From NCBI GenBank assembly GCA_012744375.1, contig JAAYCD010000093.1, forward strand, positions 226 to 64,225: a stretch of 64,000 nucleotides of DNA, read 5' to 3'. This document shows, in pieces, positions 31,438 through 41,733 of this stretch. The stretch is from Erysipelotrichaceae bacterium. Lineage in GTDB: Bacteria > Bacillota_I > Bacilli_A > RFN20 > CAG-826. How positions within the stretch are numbered: the first letter of the stretch is position 1; every line of letters begins with the position of its first letter. Below the pieces are notes generated by a model. That model had not been told where the DNA came from and ran no database searches. It was given only the letters and a program-made list of their open reading frames with translations. The position numbers were made by a program, and so were the translations under genes.

Positions 31438-31641
31438 ATGAAAATTAATGAAGTTCGTGAACTAACAACTAGTGAATTAAAAGAAAAATTATACTCACTC
31501 AAGGAACAACTCTTCGAGCTCCGCAGAAAAAAAGCTGTTGGTGCCCTTGAAAGAGGTGAAGATGTCATCACTGTTAGAAAAGACATCGCTCGCGTCAATC
31601 TCGTTCTTAGGGAACGTGAAATTGAAGCAGAAGGTAAATAA
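31438..31641 (+). CDS. rpmC: 50S ribosomal protein L29
   Basis: 67 aa; L29 position and sequence. Confidence 0.85.
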   Translation: MKINEVRELTTSELKEKLYSLKEQLFELRRKKAVGALERGEDVITVRKDIARVNLVLREREIEAEGK

Positions 31642-31655
31642 GGAGGACGAACAAT

Positions 31656-32000
31656 ATGGAAAATAGAAAAGTAGCAGCACGTCGTGCTATCGAAGGCGTC
31701 GTCGTTTCTGATAAGAACGCCAAAACCATCGTTGTCCTTGTCGAAACTCACAAAAAACATTCCAAATATGGTAAGCGCGTGAAGTACGGCAAAAAGTACT
31801 ATGCTCATGACGAAGAAAACGCCGCAAAAGTTGGCGACGTCGTCACAATCATGGAAACCCGTAAATTAAGCGCCACTAAACGTTGGAGACTTGTCTCAAT
31901 TGATAAGAAAGCAGAATTATCAATCAAAGAAGCTGGAGCCGAACTAAAAGAAGAACTTCTTGAAGCGGAAACAGTGGAAGAAAATAAGGAGGCCGAATAG
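31656..32000 (+). CDS. rpsQ: 30S ribosomal protein S17 with an acidic C-terminal extension
   Basis: S17 core [14 protein letters not shown]...; about 30 extra C-terminal Glu/Ala-rich residues. Confidence 0.85.
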   Translation: MENRKVAARRAIEGVVVSDKNAKTIVVLVETHKKHSKYGKRVKYGKKYYAHDEENAAKVGDVVTIMETRKLSATKRWRLVSIDKKAELSIKEAGAELKEELLEAETVEENKEAE

Positions 32001-32003
32001 TCT

Positions 32004-32381
32004 ATGATTCAAAAAGAGACCAACCTAGTTATCGCTGATAACTCTGGCGCTAAATCCGTCCGTGCCTTCAATCTCTATGGCGGTTCAACACGTAAATTTA
32101 GCTCAGTTGGTGATATCATTCTCTGTGCTGTTAAATCCGCTGTACCAAACGGCAAAGTGAAAAAAGGCGACATCGTTAGATGTGTGATCGTCAGAACCAA
32201 AAAAGCTATCGGTCGTCGTGATGGCTCAACCATCGCCTTCGACGATAATGCTGCTGTCATTATTAATGATGATAATATACCTGTGGGTACGCGTGTCTTT
32301 GGTCCTGTGGCTAGAGAACTTCGCGAAAAGGGTATTGAAGGATTCATGAAAATCGTTTCCCTCGCCCCTGAAGTGTTATAA
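32004..32381 (+). CDS. rplN: 50S ribosomal protein L14
   Basis: [17 protein letters not shown]... conserved. Confidence 0.95.
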   Translation: MIQKETNLVIADNSGAKSVRAFNLYGGSTRKFSSVGDIILCAVKSAVPNGKVKKGDIVRCVIVRTKKAIGRRDGSTIAFDDNAAVIINDDNIPVGTRVFGPVARELREKGIEGFMKIVSLAPEVL

Positions 32382-32394
32382 GGAGGAAAAAACT

Positions 32395-32700
32395 ATGAAT
32401 CTTGTAAAAGGTGACAAAGTTATCGTGATCGCTGGTCGCGATAAGGGAAAAACTGGCACCATTCAAAAAGTTATTCCTGAAGAAAACCGTGTGGTGGTGG
32501 AAAACGTGAATGTTCGTAAGAAACACATTAAACCATCTCAAAAAAATCCTGATGGTGGCATCGTTGAAATCTATGCCCCTATCCATGCTAGTAACGTTAT
32601 GATACTAGATCCAAAAACTAAAAAACCTACCCGCATCGGTCACAAAATCGTGAAAGGTAAGAAAGTCCGTGTCACAAAAGATAGTGACACAGTGCTATAA
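32395..32700 (+). CDS. rplX: 50S ribosomal protein L24
   Basis: [18 protein letters not shown]... KOW motif. Confidence 0.9.
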   Translation: MNLVKGDKVIVIAGRDKGKTGTIQKVIPEENRVVVENVNVRKKHIKPSQKNPDGGIVEIYAPIHASNVMILDPKTKKPTRIGHKIVKGKKVRVTKDSDTVL

Positions 32701-32713
32701 GGAGGAAGCTGTC

Positions 32714-33415
32714 ATGGCCGAAGAAATTAAAAAAGAAACTAAAGCGCCAGCAAAGAAAGCTGCTCCAAAGAAAGCTACAGCCCCTAAGGCTGAAGCACCA
32801 GTTGTTGAAGCCCCAGCCAAAGCCCCTGCTATTAAAAAAGCTGCTAAAGGTGCTGGCAACAAACAAGCAACACTCGTTAATCGCTTACAACTCAAATACA
32901 AAAATGAAGTAGCACCTAAATTATTAGAAAAATATGGTTACACTTCCCCAATGCAAATTCCTGCTTTAAGCAAAATCGTCATTAATATCGGTGTCGGTGA
33001 TGCTACACAAGATGGTAAAAAGTTAGAACAAGCAGTTAGTGAATTAACACTAATCGCTGGTCAAAAACCAATCATCACTAAAGCGAAAAAGAGCATTGCG
33101 ACCTTCAAATTAAGAGAAGGTCAAGAAATCGGTTGCAAAGTCACTTTAAGAGGTCTAAGAATGTATGACTTCTTTGATAAATTAGTGTCTATCTCACTCC
33201 CAAGAGTGCGCGACTTCCGTGGCGTTAGCAAAAACGCTTTCGATGGTCGTGGCAACTATACACTCGGTATTAAAGAACAATTGATCTTCCCTGAAATCGA
33301 TTACGATAAGGTCGTGAAGGTCCGCGGTATGGACATCGTCATTGTCACAACCGCACAAAACGATGCAGAAGCGTATACCTTATTAGAATTAATGGGTATG
33401 CCATTCCATCGCTAG
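32714..33415 (+). CDS. rplE: 50S ribosomal protein L5 with a roughly 55-aa Ala/Lys/Pro-rich N-terminal extension
   Basis: Start at the ATG at 32714 (GGAGG RBS at 32701), right after the rplX stop; the ORF-track start at 32669 is rejected. The L5 core begins [15 protein letters not shown]. Confidence 0.85.
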   Translation: MAEEIKKETKAPAKKAAPKKATAPKAEAPVVEAPAKAPAIKKAAKGAGNKQATLVNRLQLKYKNEVAPKLLEKYGYTSPMQIPALSKIVINIGVGDATQDGKKLEQAVSELTLIAGQKPIITKAKKSIATFKLREGQEIGCKVTLRGLRMYDFFDKLVSISLPRVRDFRGVSKNAFDGRGNYTLGIKEQLIFPEIDYDKVVKVRGMDIVIVTTAQNDAEAYTLLELMGMPFHR

Positions 33416-33433
33416 AAAGGAGTTCACAACACT

Positions 33434-33619
33434 ATGGCAAAGACAAGTTTGAAAGTCCGTCAAAGTCGTCCAGCGAAATTCAAAGTTCGTAATTATACTC
33501 GCTGCGAACGTTGTGGACGCCCACATTCTGTTTACAGCAAATTCCACTTATGTCGCATTTGTATTAGAGAATTAGCTTATAAAGGCGAAATTCCCGGCAT
33601 GAAGAAATCATCTTGGTAA
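33434..33619 (+). CDS. rpsN: 30S ribosomal protein S14, type Z (zinc-binding)
   Basis: 61 aa; [10 protein letters not shown]...CRIC zinc ribbon. Confidence 0.9.
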   Translation: MAKTSLKVRQSRPAKFKVRNYTRCERCGRPHSVYSKFHLCRICIRELAYKGEIPGMKKSSW

Positions 33620-33643
33620 AGAAAAGGAGGATATCGATTATTT

Positions 33644-34033
33644 ATGATGACTGATCCAATTGCGGATATGCTTACCCGCATTAGAAACGCGAACGCGTTA
33701 AAATATGAATCTGTGAAGATGCCTTCTAGCAAGATGAAAGTTGAAATCGCAAAGATTCTAAAAGAAGAAGGCTTTATCGTTGACTACAAAGTCACAGGTA
33801 AAGTTAAAAAAGAATTAACCATTAACCTTAAATATCTTGAAGGAGAAAGAATTATTTCTGGTCTTAAAAAGATTTCCAAACCAGGCTTACGTGTTACAGT
33901 CGGTTTTGAAAAACTCCCAAGAGTCTTAAAAGGTTTAGGTATCGCAATTATTTCCACCTCACAAGGCGTGATGACTGACGCAAAAGCCAGAACACTTGGT
34001 ATCGGTGGCGAAGTAATTTGCTATGTCTGGTAA
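33644..34033 (+). CDS. rpsH: 30S ribosomal protein S8
   Basis: [16 protein letters not shown] conserved N-terminus. Confidence 0.95.
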   Translation: MMTDPIADMLTRIRNANALKYESVKMPSSKMKVEIAKILKEEGFIVDYKVTGKVKKELTINLKYLEGERIISGLKKISKPGLRVTVGFEKLPRVLKGLGIAIISTSQGVMTDAKARTLGIGGEVICYVW

Positions 34034-34047
34034 GGAGGAAAGATATC

Positions 34048-34593
34048 ATGTCACGAATTGGTAACAAACATATCGAACTCCCAGCTGGAGTCACGATCAC
34101 CGAAAAAGATGGCTATGCTATCGTCAGTGGTCCAAAAGGTACTTTAAATGTTATTATTAACGAAGGTATCAAAATGCACATCGAAGGTAATCTAGTTACT
34201 TTCAAACGTGCGAATGACGCTAAACAAATCAAACAAAACCACGGAACAACCCGCGCTAACGTTCATAACGCTGTTGTTGGTGTTTCTGAAGGCTACAAGA
34301 GAGTCTTAGAATTACGCGGCATCGGTTATAAAGCAGCCTTAAAAGGTACTTCTATTGAACTTTGGGCTGGTTATAGTCACACCATGACTGTTGAAGCAAT
34401 GCCAGGCGTCAAAATTTCAATCCCTAATGCCACTGACATTGTTGTTGAAGGCATTGATAAGCAAGCTGTCGGTCAAACTGCCGCTTTAATTCGTGGCGTC
34501 CGCCCACCAGAACCATACCTTGGTAAAGGTATCCGTTATAAAGGTGAAGTGGTTGTCACTAAAGAAGGCAAGCGCGCTGGCGCTGGCAAATAG
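34048..34593 (+). CDS. rplF: 50S ribosomal protein L6
   Basis: Start at the ATG at 34048 (MSRIGNKHIELPAGV; GGAGG RBS upstream). The ORF-track start at 34018 overlaps rpsH and is rejected. Confidence 0.9.
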   Translation: MSRIGNKHIELPAGVTITEKDGYAIVSGPKGTLNVIINEGIKMHIEGNLVTFKRANDAKQIKQNHGTTRANVHNAVVGVSEGYKRVLELRGIGYKAALKGTSIELWAGYSHTMTVEAMPGVKISIPNATDIVVEGIDKQAVGQTAALIRGVRPPEPYLGKGIRYKGEVVVTKEGKRAGAGK

Positions 34594-34610
34594 GAAGGTA
34601 GGAATGAGTT

Positions 34611-34967
34611 ATGACAAATAAACCTAGCAAAAATGTTTCTCGTTTGAGAAGACATGCTCGTGTCAGAGCCAAAATTTCTGGCACTGCAGAAAAACCAAGA
34701 CTCTGCCTCTATCGTTCTAACAAAAACATTGAAGTGCAACTCATCGATGACGTGAAAGGTGTCACCTTAGTGGCTTCCTCTTCCGTCGCCTTAAAGCTTG
34801 AAAACGGCAGCAATATTGAAGCCGCAAAAGCCGTCGGTAAAGATGTCGCTGAAAAAGCGCTCAAAGCAAATATTAAAACCATCGTCTTTGATAGAAGTGG
34901 TTACCTCTATCATGGTCGTGTCAAAGCTTTAGCTGAAGCCGCTCGTGAAGCTGGCTTAGCGTTCTAA
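34611..34967 (+). CDS. rplR: 50S ribosomal protein L18
   Basis: Conserved L18 sequence. Confidence 0.9.
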   Translation: MTNKPSKNVSRLRRHARVRAKISGTAEKPRLCLYRSNKNIEVQLIDDVKGVTLVASSSVALKLENGSNIEAAKAVGKDVAEKALKANIKTIVFDRSGYLYHGRVKALAEAAREAGLAF

Positions 34968-34981
34968 TGGAGGAAATGCAC

Positions 34982-35593
34982 ATGGAAGAAAATAAAGTCG
35001 TCGTAGCGGAAACTGAAACCGCTGCCCCAGTTGCTCCAAAGGCAGATGCTCCACAAGGACAACGCCGCGATAATAGACGCCCAGCTCGTAGAGGTGGTCC
35101 ACGTGAAAGACGTGAACGCCGCGATGAATACAAAGAATTCGAAGAACGCGTTGTATTTATCAACAGAGTATCTAAAACCGTCAAAGGTGGTCGTCGTATG
35201 AAATTCACGGCCCTCGTAGTGGTTGGCGATCGCAAAGGTAAATATGGTTTTGCAGTCGGTAAAGCCGCTGAAGTCCCAGATGCTATCAAAAAAGCAATTG
35301 AAGCTGCAAAAAAGAATTTATACCAAATTCATTTAGTAAAGGGTTTCACAATTGCCCACGAAATCATCGGTAAGTTCGGTGCTTGCAACGTGTTATTAAA
35401 ACCTGCACCAGACGGCACAGGTATCGTTGCTGGCGGTCCAGTGAGAGCAATTCTCGAACTCGCTGGCGTGCAAAACGTCTGTAGTAAAGTCTATGGCAGT
35501 CGTGCTCCAATTAACATTATTAGAGCTACAAACCAAGGCTTAAATAACCTCAAAAACTACAAAGTTATGAAAAAACTTCGTGGTAAAGAATAA
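34982..35593 (+). CDS. rpsE: 30S ribosomal protein S5 with a roughly 40-aa N-terminal extension rich in Ala/Pro and Arg
   Basis: S5 core [18 protein letters not shown]... preceded by ...[35 protein letters not shown]. The ATG at 34982 has GGAGG 8 nt upstream; alternative ATGs at 34967 and 34976. Confidence 0.85.
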   Translation: MEENKVVVAETETAAPVAPKADAPQGQRRDNRRPARRGGPRERRERRDEYKEFEERVVFINRVSKTVKGGRRMKFTALVVVGDRKGKYGFAVGKAAEVPDAIKKAIEAAKKNLYQIHLVKGFTIAHEIIGKFGACNVLLKPAPDGTGIVAGGPVRAILELAGVQNVCSKVYGSRAPINIIRATNQGLNNLKNYKVMKKLRGKE

Positions 35594-35635
35594 TTAATTA
35601 CCCGTAATAACAACTAAGAAATTGGAGGTGTACAT

Positions 35636-36076
35636 ATGAAATTGCATGAACTTCAAACCACAGATGGATCCCGTTTCGAACGTTTCCGCAAAGGTCGCGG
35701 TATTGGTTCTGGCAACGGCAAAACTGCTGGTAAAGGCCATAAAGGTCAAAATGCCCGTAGTGGTGGCGGTGTCGCACTAGGCTTCGAAGGTGGCCAATTA
35801 CCACTTTGGAGAGCTTTACCAAAACGTGGTTTTAAGAATGTTAATCATGTCAATTATGCAACCATTAATGTTTCCGCTTTAAATCAATTTGAAGATGGTA
35901 CAGTGGTCACCCCAGCATTACTCATTGAAGAAGGCTTATTAAAAAAAGAATATGATGGATTAAAAGTGTTAGGTGACGGCAAGTTGACAAAGAAGTTAAC
36001 TGTTCAAGCCAAGGCTTTTTCCAAAACTGCTGAAGCCGCAATCGTGAACGCTGGTGGCAAAATTGAGGTGATTTAG
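35636..36076 (+). CDS. rplO: 50S ribosomal protein L15
   Basis: Conserved L15. Note that there is no rpmD (L30) ORF between rpsE and rplO. Confidence 0.9.
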   Translation: MKLHELQTTDGSRFERFRKGRGIGSGNGKTAGKGHKGQNARSGGGVALGFEGGQLPLWRALPKRGFKNVNHVNYATINVSALNQFEDGTVVTPALLIEEGLLKKEYDGLKVLGDGKLTKKLTVQAKAFSKTAEAAIVNAGGKIEVI

Positions 36077-36077
36077 C

Positions 36078-37445
36078 ATGAAAAAACTAGTTAATATCAT
36101 CAAAAATAAAGAGATTATGGGGCGCATAGTTTTTACGCTCCTTATCCTCTTCATTTTCCGGCTCGGCGCCCAAGTTACTGTTCCTGGTGTTTCTATTCCA
36201 GATGACAGTCTACTTAATCAATACTTAAATGGTAACAATGCTCTCTCGCTCATGAATTTGTTGGGCGGTGGTACATTACAAAGTTTCTCCATTTTCGCTC
36301 TTGGCGTTAGCCCTTATATTACTGCTCAAATCATTGTCCAATTATTGTCTACTGATGTTTTACCAGCTTTGACTGAATTAAAACGTCAAGGTCAATATGG
36401 TCGTAAAAAAATTGAAATGGCCACTCGTTACCTCACCTTAATGCTTGGTGCGGTGCAAGCATATGGCATCATTAAAACCATGGAGGCAAGTGAATATATT
36501 TCCTTCACTACCGTCGAATACGAGTGGATGACTTACATCTATATCGTCGTCGTCTTGCTCGCTGGTTCGATGTTAGTTATGTGGCTTGGTGACCAAATTT
36601 CCACTAAAGGTATCGGTAATGGTGTTTCGATGATCATCTTCGCTGGTATCGTGTCTTCGCTCCCATCACAAATGATGCAAGCATGGCAAATGTGGGCTTC
36701 TCCATACGTCTTCGCGCAAGGCGAAAGTGAGACGATTGCAGGTATCTTTAAGTTCCTGCTATATGTATTCGCTTATTTGTTGATTGTAGCCTTTGTTACT
36801 TTCATCGAATTATCAAAAAGAAAAATTCCAGTCCAACATTCTGGCAAGGGTGGCGGCCAAACGCAAAGTATGGCTCGTGCCTCCTTCTTGCCGATTAAGA
36901 TTAACTCCGCCGGCGTTATTCCTGTCATTTTCGCAAGTTCTATTTTAATGGCGCCAAGCGTCATCATGGCTTTCGTTGATGCTGATCAAGGAGCTGGCGC
37001 CGAATGGCTCAATATCTTCAATACCTCTGTTTTATATGACAATGGTGGTTGGTATATGCCATGGGGCTTAATCATTTATATCATCTTAGTAATCGCCTTC
37101 TCATTCTTCTATGCGAATATGCAAATCAATCCTGCACAACTCGCTGAAAACTTCCAAAAGAATGGTTCTTATATTCCAGGTGTTCACCAAGGTAATGAAA
37201 CCGAACGCTATGTGCGTAAAGTGTTGAACCGTGTCACTGTAATTGGTGCCTCGGCCCTAGCACTTATCGCCGCTCTACCTCCAGTCTTAACTATGACTGG
37301 CGTGTTCGGCGCTAATAACTCACTAGCTTTAGGTGGCACTGGTCTTATCATCGTCGTTGGTGTTGCTCTTGAACTTAACAATCAAATTGATGGTTTACTC
37401 GCTGGTAAATCGTTTGAAGAAGTCATTTCTAGAGGTCGAGAATAA
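36078..37445 (+). CDS. secY: Preprotein translocase subunit SecY
   Basis: 10-TM SecY with conserved LNLLGGG/ALGVSPYITAQII motifs. Confidence 0.95.
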   Translation: MKKLVNIIKNKEIMGRIVFTLLILFIFRLGAQVTVPGVSIPDDSLLNQYLNGNNALSLMNLLGGGTLQSFSIFALGVSPYITAQIIVQLLSTDVLPALTELKRQGQYGRKKIEMATRYLTLMLGAVQAYGIIKTMEASEYISFTTVEYEWMTYIYIVVVLLAGSMLVMWLGDQISTKGIGNGVSMIIFAGIVSSLPSQMMQAWQMWASPYVFAQGESETIAGIFKFLLYVFAYLLIVAFVTFIELSKRKIPVQHSGKGGGQTQSMARASFLPIKINSAGVIPVIFASSILMAPSVIMAFVDADQGAGAEWLNIFNTSVLYDNGGWYMPWGLIIYIILVIAFSFFYANMQINPAQLAENFQKNGSYIPGVHQGNETERYVRKVLNRVTVIGASALALIAALPPVLTMTGVFGANNSLALGGTGLIIVVGVALELNNQIDGLLAGKSFEEVISRGRE

Positions 37446-38092
37446 TGAAGCGCAGTATTATTTTGATGGGCCCTCCTGGTGCAGGTAAGGGTACGCTCGC
37501 AAAAAAATTAATCTCGCTTGGATTGGTTCATATTTCCACTGGTGATATGTTCCGCGAAGCGATTAAAGCTGGCACAGCGCTTGGCCAGTTAGCCGAGCAA
37601 TTCATCAAACGTGGGGACTTAGTGCCCGACGAAGTGACAATCGGTATCGTGAAAGAAAGACTTTCACAAGAAGATTGTGCAAATGGTTTTCTATTAGATG
37701 GTTTCCCACGCACTTTAGTACAAGCTGAAGCACTTGATGAAATCACTAAAGAAATAGTTCGTCCAATTGACGTTGTTCTCAACCTTGATTGTGATGAAAA
37801 GGAATTAGTGCGTCGTATTTCTGGTCGCCGCGTCTGTAAAGTATGCGGTGCTCCGTATCATATCGACACATTAAAGCCAAAAGTCGATGGTGTGTGTGAT
37901 TTATGCGGCGGTCCTTTATATCAGCGTAATGATGATAATGAAGAGGCCTTAAAAGTCCGTTTAGAACACTATACCCATCAAACCAAACCCCTTCTTGAAT
38001 TTTATCAAGTCAAAGGGTTGCTTCATAACTTCAATGGTTCATTGAGGAGTGAAGTATTATTCGATGAAATTGTCGAATTTCTGAAAAGTTAA
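37445..38092 (+). CDS. adk: Adenylate kinase (zinc-lid type)
   Basis: GPPGAGKGT P-loop; CKVCG...CDLCGG lid Zn site. Confidence 0.95.
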   Translation: MKRSIILMGPPGAGKGTLAKKLISLGLVHISTGDMFREAIKAGTALGQLAEQFIKRGDLVPDEVTIGIVKERLSQEDCANGFLLDGFPRTLVQAEALDEITKEIVRPIDVVLNLDCDEKELVRRISGRRVCKVCGAPYHIDTLKPKVDGVCDLCGGPLYQRNDDNEEALKVRLEHYTHQTKPLLEFYQVKGLLHNFNGSLRSEVLFDEIVEFLKS

Positions 38093-38095
38093 TTT

Positions 38096-38869
38096 ATGAT
38101 TATCGTCAAGTCACCAAGGGAAATAGCCTTAATGAAAAATGCCGGCAAGCTCGTTGCTAAAGTGTTCGAGACTGTTGGTCCAATGATTAAACCAGGCGTT
38201 TCCACTTATGAAATCAACGAAGCGGCTGAAAGAGTCATCTATGATGGTGGTGGCACTTGTCCGTGCAAGGGTTATTATGATTATCCTGCCGGCACTTGTG
38301 TTTCCGTCAACGATACGCTGATTCACGGCATTCCTTCGAAAAAAATCATTTTACAAGACGGGGACATAGTTTCCCTTGATGTCGTGGCGTGTCTTAATGG
38401 GTATTGCGCTGATGCCACTAGAACATTCTTGGTTGGCACGTGCAAAGAGAGTGTTAAAAAACTTGTAGAAGTTTGTAAAAATGCCTTCTTTGCTGGAATT
38501 AAACAAGCTAAACCAGGCAATCGAGTTGGTGATATCTCCGCTGCCATTCAAACATACGTAGAAGCTTCAGGTTATCATGTCGCGCGTGATTTTGCCGGTC
38601 ATGGAATTGGCAAAAATATGCACGAAGACCCAAGTGTCCCAAATTATGGAAATCCCGGCAGTGGTGCTTTATTGCAAAAAGGTATGGCGCTTGCTGTTGA
38701 ACCTATGATTTTAGAAGGGCACGCTCAAACACGTGTTCTCGGGGATGGTTGGACTGTCAAAAGTAAAGATGGAAAATTGACCTGTCATTACGAAAACACC
38801 ATCATCATCACTGAAGAAGGTTGCGAAATAATCACATTAACTATAGGAGAGGAGCAAATTAATGGCTAA
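38096..38869 (+). CDS. map: Methionine aminopeptidase type I
   Basis: Conserved MAP-1 metal-binding residues and operon position. Confidence 0.9.
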   Translation: MIIVKSPREIALMKNAGKLVAKVFETVGPMIKPGVSTYEINEAAERVIYDGGGTCPCKGYYDYPAGTCVSVNDTLIHGIPSKKIILQDGDIVSLDVVACLNGYCADATRTFLVGTCKESVKKLVEVCKNAFFAGIKQAKPGNRVGDISAAIQTYVEASGYHVARDFAGHGIGKNMHEDPSVPNYGNPGSGALLQKGMALAVEPMILEGHAQTRVLGDGWTVKSKDGKLTCHYENTIIITEEGCEIITLTIGEEQING

Positions 38870-39080
38870 AACAGATGTCATCGAAGTTCAGGCGGTCGTT
38901 AAAGAATGTTTACCAAACGTAATGTTTAAGGTTGAACTAGAAAACGGCGTCGTAATCTTGGCCACCGTTTCTGGAAAAATCCGTATGAATCACATACGCA
39001 TTCTCCCGGGAGATAGAGTTACGATAGAAATCTCGCCTTATGATTTAACACGGGGCCGTATTACATACCGATTCAAGTAA
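38862..39080 (+). CDS. infA: Translation initiation factor IF-1
   Basis: 72 aa, S1-like OB fold; [13 protein letters not shown].... Confidence 0.9.
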   Translation: MAKTDVIEVQAVVKECLPNVMFKVELENGVVILATVSGKIRMNHIRILPGDRVTIEISPYDLTRGRITYRFK

Positions 39081-39104
39081 TGAATCATTAGGAGGAAAAA
39101 AACT

Positions 39105-39218
39105 ATGAAAGTTAGACCTTCCGTCAAACCAATCTGCTCTAAGTGCAGAGTCATCAAAAGACATGGCAAAGTCATGGTCATTTGCGCTGACCCTAAGCAC
39201 AAACAGAGACAGGGTTAA
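39105..39218 (+). CDS. rpmJ: 50S ribosomal protein L36
   Basis: Not in the ORF track because it is under 60 aa. My translation is [37 protein letters not shown] with GGAGG upstream at 39091. Confidence 0.85.
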   Translation: MKVRPSVKPICSKCRVIKRHGKVMVICADPKHKQRQG

Positions 39219-39237
39219 TTTAGGAGGAAATTAGAAT

Positions 39238-39612
39238 ATGGCACGTATTGTTGGTGTTGATATTCCAAACGACAAACCAGTAGGTATCGCTCTTACTTAC
39301 ATCTATGGTATCGGTCGTTATACCGCAGAATTAATTTGTGAAAAAGCAAAAGTTGATTTTGCCATCAGAGTGAAAGATTTAACAGACGATCAATTAGGCG
39401 CAGTCCGTAATGCGATTAGTCACTTCAAAAATGAAGGTGACCTCCGTCGTGAAGTTGCCCTAAATATCAAACGTTTATCCGAAATTGGTTGCTATCGTGG
39501 CGTTCGCCATAGAAGAGGCTTACCAGTTCGCGGTCAAAGAACAAAGACCAATGCTCGTACTCGCAAAGGTCCACGCAAAACCATCGCTAATAAAAAGATG
39601 GCACCTAAATAA
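39238..39612 (+). CDS. rpsM: 30S ribosomal protein S13
   Basis: [13 protein letters not shown]... conserved. Confidence 0.95.
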   Translation: MARIVGVDIPNDKPVGIALTYIYGIGRYTAELICEKAKVDFAIRVKDLTDDQLGAVRNAISHFKNEGDLRREVALNIKRLSEIGCYRGVRHRRGLPVRGQRTKTNARTRKGPRKTIANKKMAPK

Positions 39613-39630
39613 AGAGAGGAGTAAAGAATT

Positions 39631-40017
39631 ATGGCTAAAACTACAATCCGTAAAAAGAAAGTCAAACGTACCTTTACTCGCGGTGTCGCCCACATTCACG
39701 CGACATTCAATAACACCATCGTTACTATTTGTGACGAACAAGGTAATGCTCTTGCTTGGAGCAGCGCTGGTGCTAATGGTTTCAAAGGTGCGAAAAAGAG
39801 TACTCCATTCGCCGCTATGCAAGCCGCTGAAGCTGCTGGTAGAGCCGCGTATGAACAAGGCATCCGTCAAGTCGATGTGGATGTCAAGGGCCCAGGCCCA
39901 GGCAGAGAAGGTGCCATTCGTTCCCTCGCTGTCGCAGGTTTACAAGTATTATCAATTGTTGATACAACCCCAATTCCACACAATGGTTGCCGCCCACCAA
40001 AGAAACCACGCGGCTAA
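39631..40017 (+). CDS. rpsK: 30S ribosomal protein S11
   Basis: Conserved S11 sequence. Confidence 0.95.
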   Translation: MAKTTIRKKKVKRTFTRGVAHIHATFNNTIVTICDEQGNALAWSSAGANGFKGAKKSTPFAAMQAAEAAGRAAYEQGIRQVDVDVKGPGPGREGAIRSLAVAGLQVLSIVDTTPIPHNGCRPPKKPRG

Positions 40018-40041
40018 TTTGAATTAGGAGGGAAGCAAGTT

Positions 40042-41007
40042 ATGAAAATTGCAAATCCATTTGAAAGATTTGGTATTACTCAGGCTGATTATGACGACAA
40101 GGAGAACTATGGTCGCTTTGTCATTGAACCCTTAGAAAGAGGTTTCGGTCTCACATTAGGTAATGCCCTACGCAGAGTTTTATTGTCTGCTCTACCAGGC
40201 GCATCCATTTATGCGGTCGAAGTCGAGGGTGCACGTCATGAGTTCACTGCCCTTCCAGGCGTGGAAGAAGATGTGACAACCATCATCTTAAATTTAAAAG
40301 ATTTAGTCTTACGCATCGATAGCGAAGATATGTCCAACAAACGTTTGGAAATCAACGTTACTGGTCCAGCTCTCGTCAAAGCAGGTGATATTATTTGCCC
40401 AGCTGGTGTCGAAGTTGTCAATCCAGATTTAGTAATCGCCAACGTCACAGAAAGCGGTTCTTTACGCATGATTCTCCATGCTCGTAATGGCCGTGGCTTC
40501 GTCACTGGCGAATACAACAAAACCTTATTCTCATCTTTACAATTAGGCACTATTTGTACTGATAGTAATTATTCCCCAGTTAAGAAAGCTAACTTCATCG
40601 TCGATGGTACACGTGTGGGTCACGACAGTCGTTTTGATATCTTAACCATTGAAGTTTGGACAAATGGTTCCATGCTTCCTCAAGAAGCGCTCGCTTTAGC
40701 AGCAAAAATTCTTATTGACCACTTCTCTAAGTTTCTCGATGTCGCCGATATCGCTCGCGATATCAACATCGAAAAAGATGTGGTGCAAGTCGAAGAAAAC
40801 AAATATGAGAACTTCATTATTGAAGAACTCGATTTATCGGTCCGTTCTTACAACTGTTTAAAAAGAGCTGGTGTTGCCACCGTTCTAGAACTCACAGAAA
40901 AGACCGAAGAAGAAATGATGAAAGTCAAAAACCTTGGCAAGAAATCTTTAAAAGAAATAAAAGAAAAACTTGCGGCTTATGGCTTGTCATTCAAAGATTT
41001 TGAATAG
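40042..41007 (+). CDS. rpoA: DNA-directed RNA polymerase alpha subunit
   Basis: Conserved N-terminal domain and alpha-CTD. Confidence 0.95.
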   Translation: MKIANPFERFGITQADYDDKENYGRFVIEPLERGFGLTLGNALRRVLLSALPGASIYAVEVEGARHEFTALPGVEEDVTTIILNLKDLVLRIDSEDMSNKRLEINVTGPALVKAGDIICPAGVEVVNPDLVIANVTESGSLRMILHARNGRGFVTGEYNKTLFSSLQLGTICTDSNYSPVKKANFIVDGTRVGHDSRFDILTIEVWTNGSMLPQEALALAAKILIDHFSKFLDVADIARDINIEKDVVQVEENKYENFIIEELDLSVRSYNCLKRAGVATVLELTEKTEEEMMKVKNLGKKSLKEIKEKLAAYGLSFKDFE

Positions 41008-41021
41008 GGAGGTCACACAAC

Positions 41022-41429
41022 ATGCCAGCACAAGGTAGAAAAAATGTTCATGGTAAAACAGGCGTTAGATTTAAGGCCGCTTACACCAAGAGCAAATATG
41101 AAAATATGCTTCGTAATGTCGTCACCGATTTAATCATTCATGGTTCCATCAAAGTGACTACAGCCGTCTCTAAAGACGTCATCAAAGAAGCCGATCGTTT
41201 AGTGACATTAACAAAAAATGAAGATGTGATGAATGCCAAACGCCAAGCAGCCAGATTCGTTCGCAACATCATTGCCGATGAAAAAACTAACCTTACTGCG
41301 TTAGATAAATTATTCGCCGAAATCGGTCCAAAGATGAAAGATCGTAACGGTGGCTACACCAAGCAATTCAAATTAGAAAATCGCCGCGGTGACAATGCAC
41401 CTATCGTCTTAGTTACTTGGGTTGATTAA
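41022..41429 (+). CDS. rplQ: 50S ribosomal protein L17
   Basis: Last gene of the alpha operon; conserved L17. Confidence 0.9.
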   Translation: MPAQGRKNVHGKTGVRFKAAYTKSKYENMLRNVVTDLIIHGSIKVTTAVSKDVIKEADRLVTLTKNEDVMNAKRQAARFVRNIIADEKTNLTALDKLFAEIGPKMKDRNGGYTKQFKLENRRGDNAPIVLVTWVD

Positions 41430-41457
41430 TATATTAATCACTAAAATATCAAAATAT

Positions 41458-41482
41458 ACCTCACACATGTGGGGTATTTTTT
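41458..41482 (+). terminator. Rho-independent terminator of the S10-spc-alpha superoperon
   Basis: ACCTCACacatGTGGGGT stem (7 bp including one G-U) followed by ATTTTTT. Confidence 0.6.
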
Positions 41483-41733
41483 ACCAACAAAGATCAAAGG
41501 CATTACAATATTGTTCGTCCGCTATTTTGCAAAGACAAAAAGATGAAATAAAATAGATGTTCGACTATCAAATTTGGAACTTTATTCCCAAATTATTAAT
41601 TTCATGTATAATCTATTAAAAGCTAATATGGCTTAAAAGTCGTTTTTATGTTTCCTTTTCTTTACCGTAAAGGCTACAATATATGCCATATGGTTGCTAG
41701 AATATTTCAAGTGCTAGAAAGAATGAACAAAAG

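Noticed and set aside
32669-32713. Upstream starts for rplE (32669), rplF (34018), queH (25541), the FGGY kinase (13144, TTG) and the enoate reductase (44926)
   Set aside because: Each upstream extension overlaps the preceding gene or lacks an RBS. Downstream ATGs with GGAGG-type RBS and conserved protein N-termini were chosen instead.
27545-35289. Minus-strand ORFs inside ribosomal-protein genes (for example 27545-27973, 28996-29286, 31416-31808, 34921-35289)
   Set aside because: They are antisense shadow frames of highly expressed, codon-biased genes, with no homology signal and low-complexity sequences.
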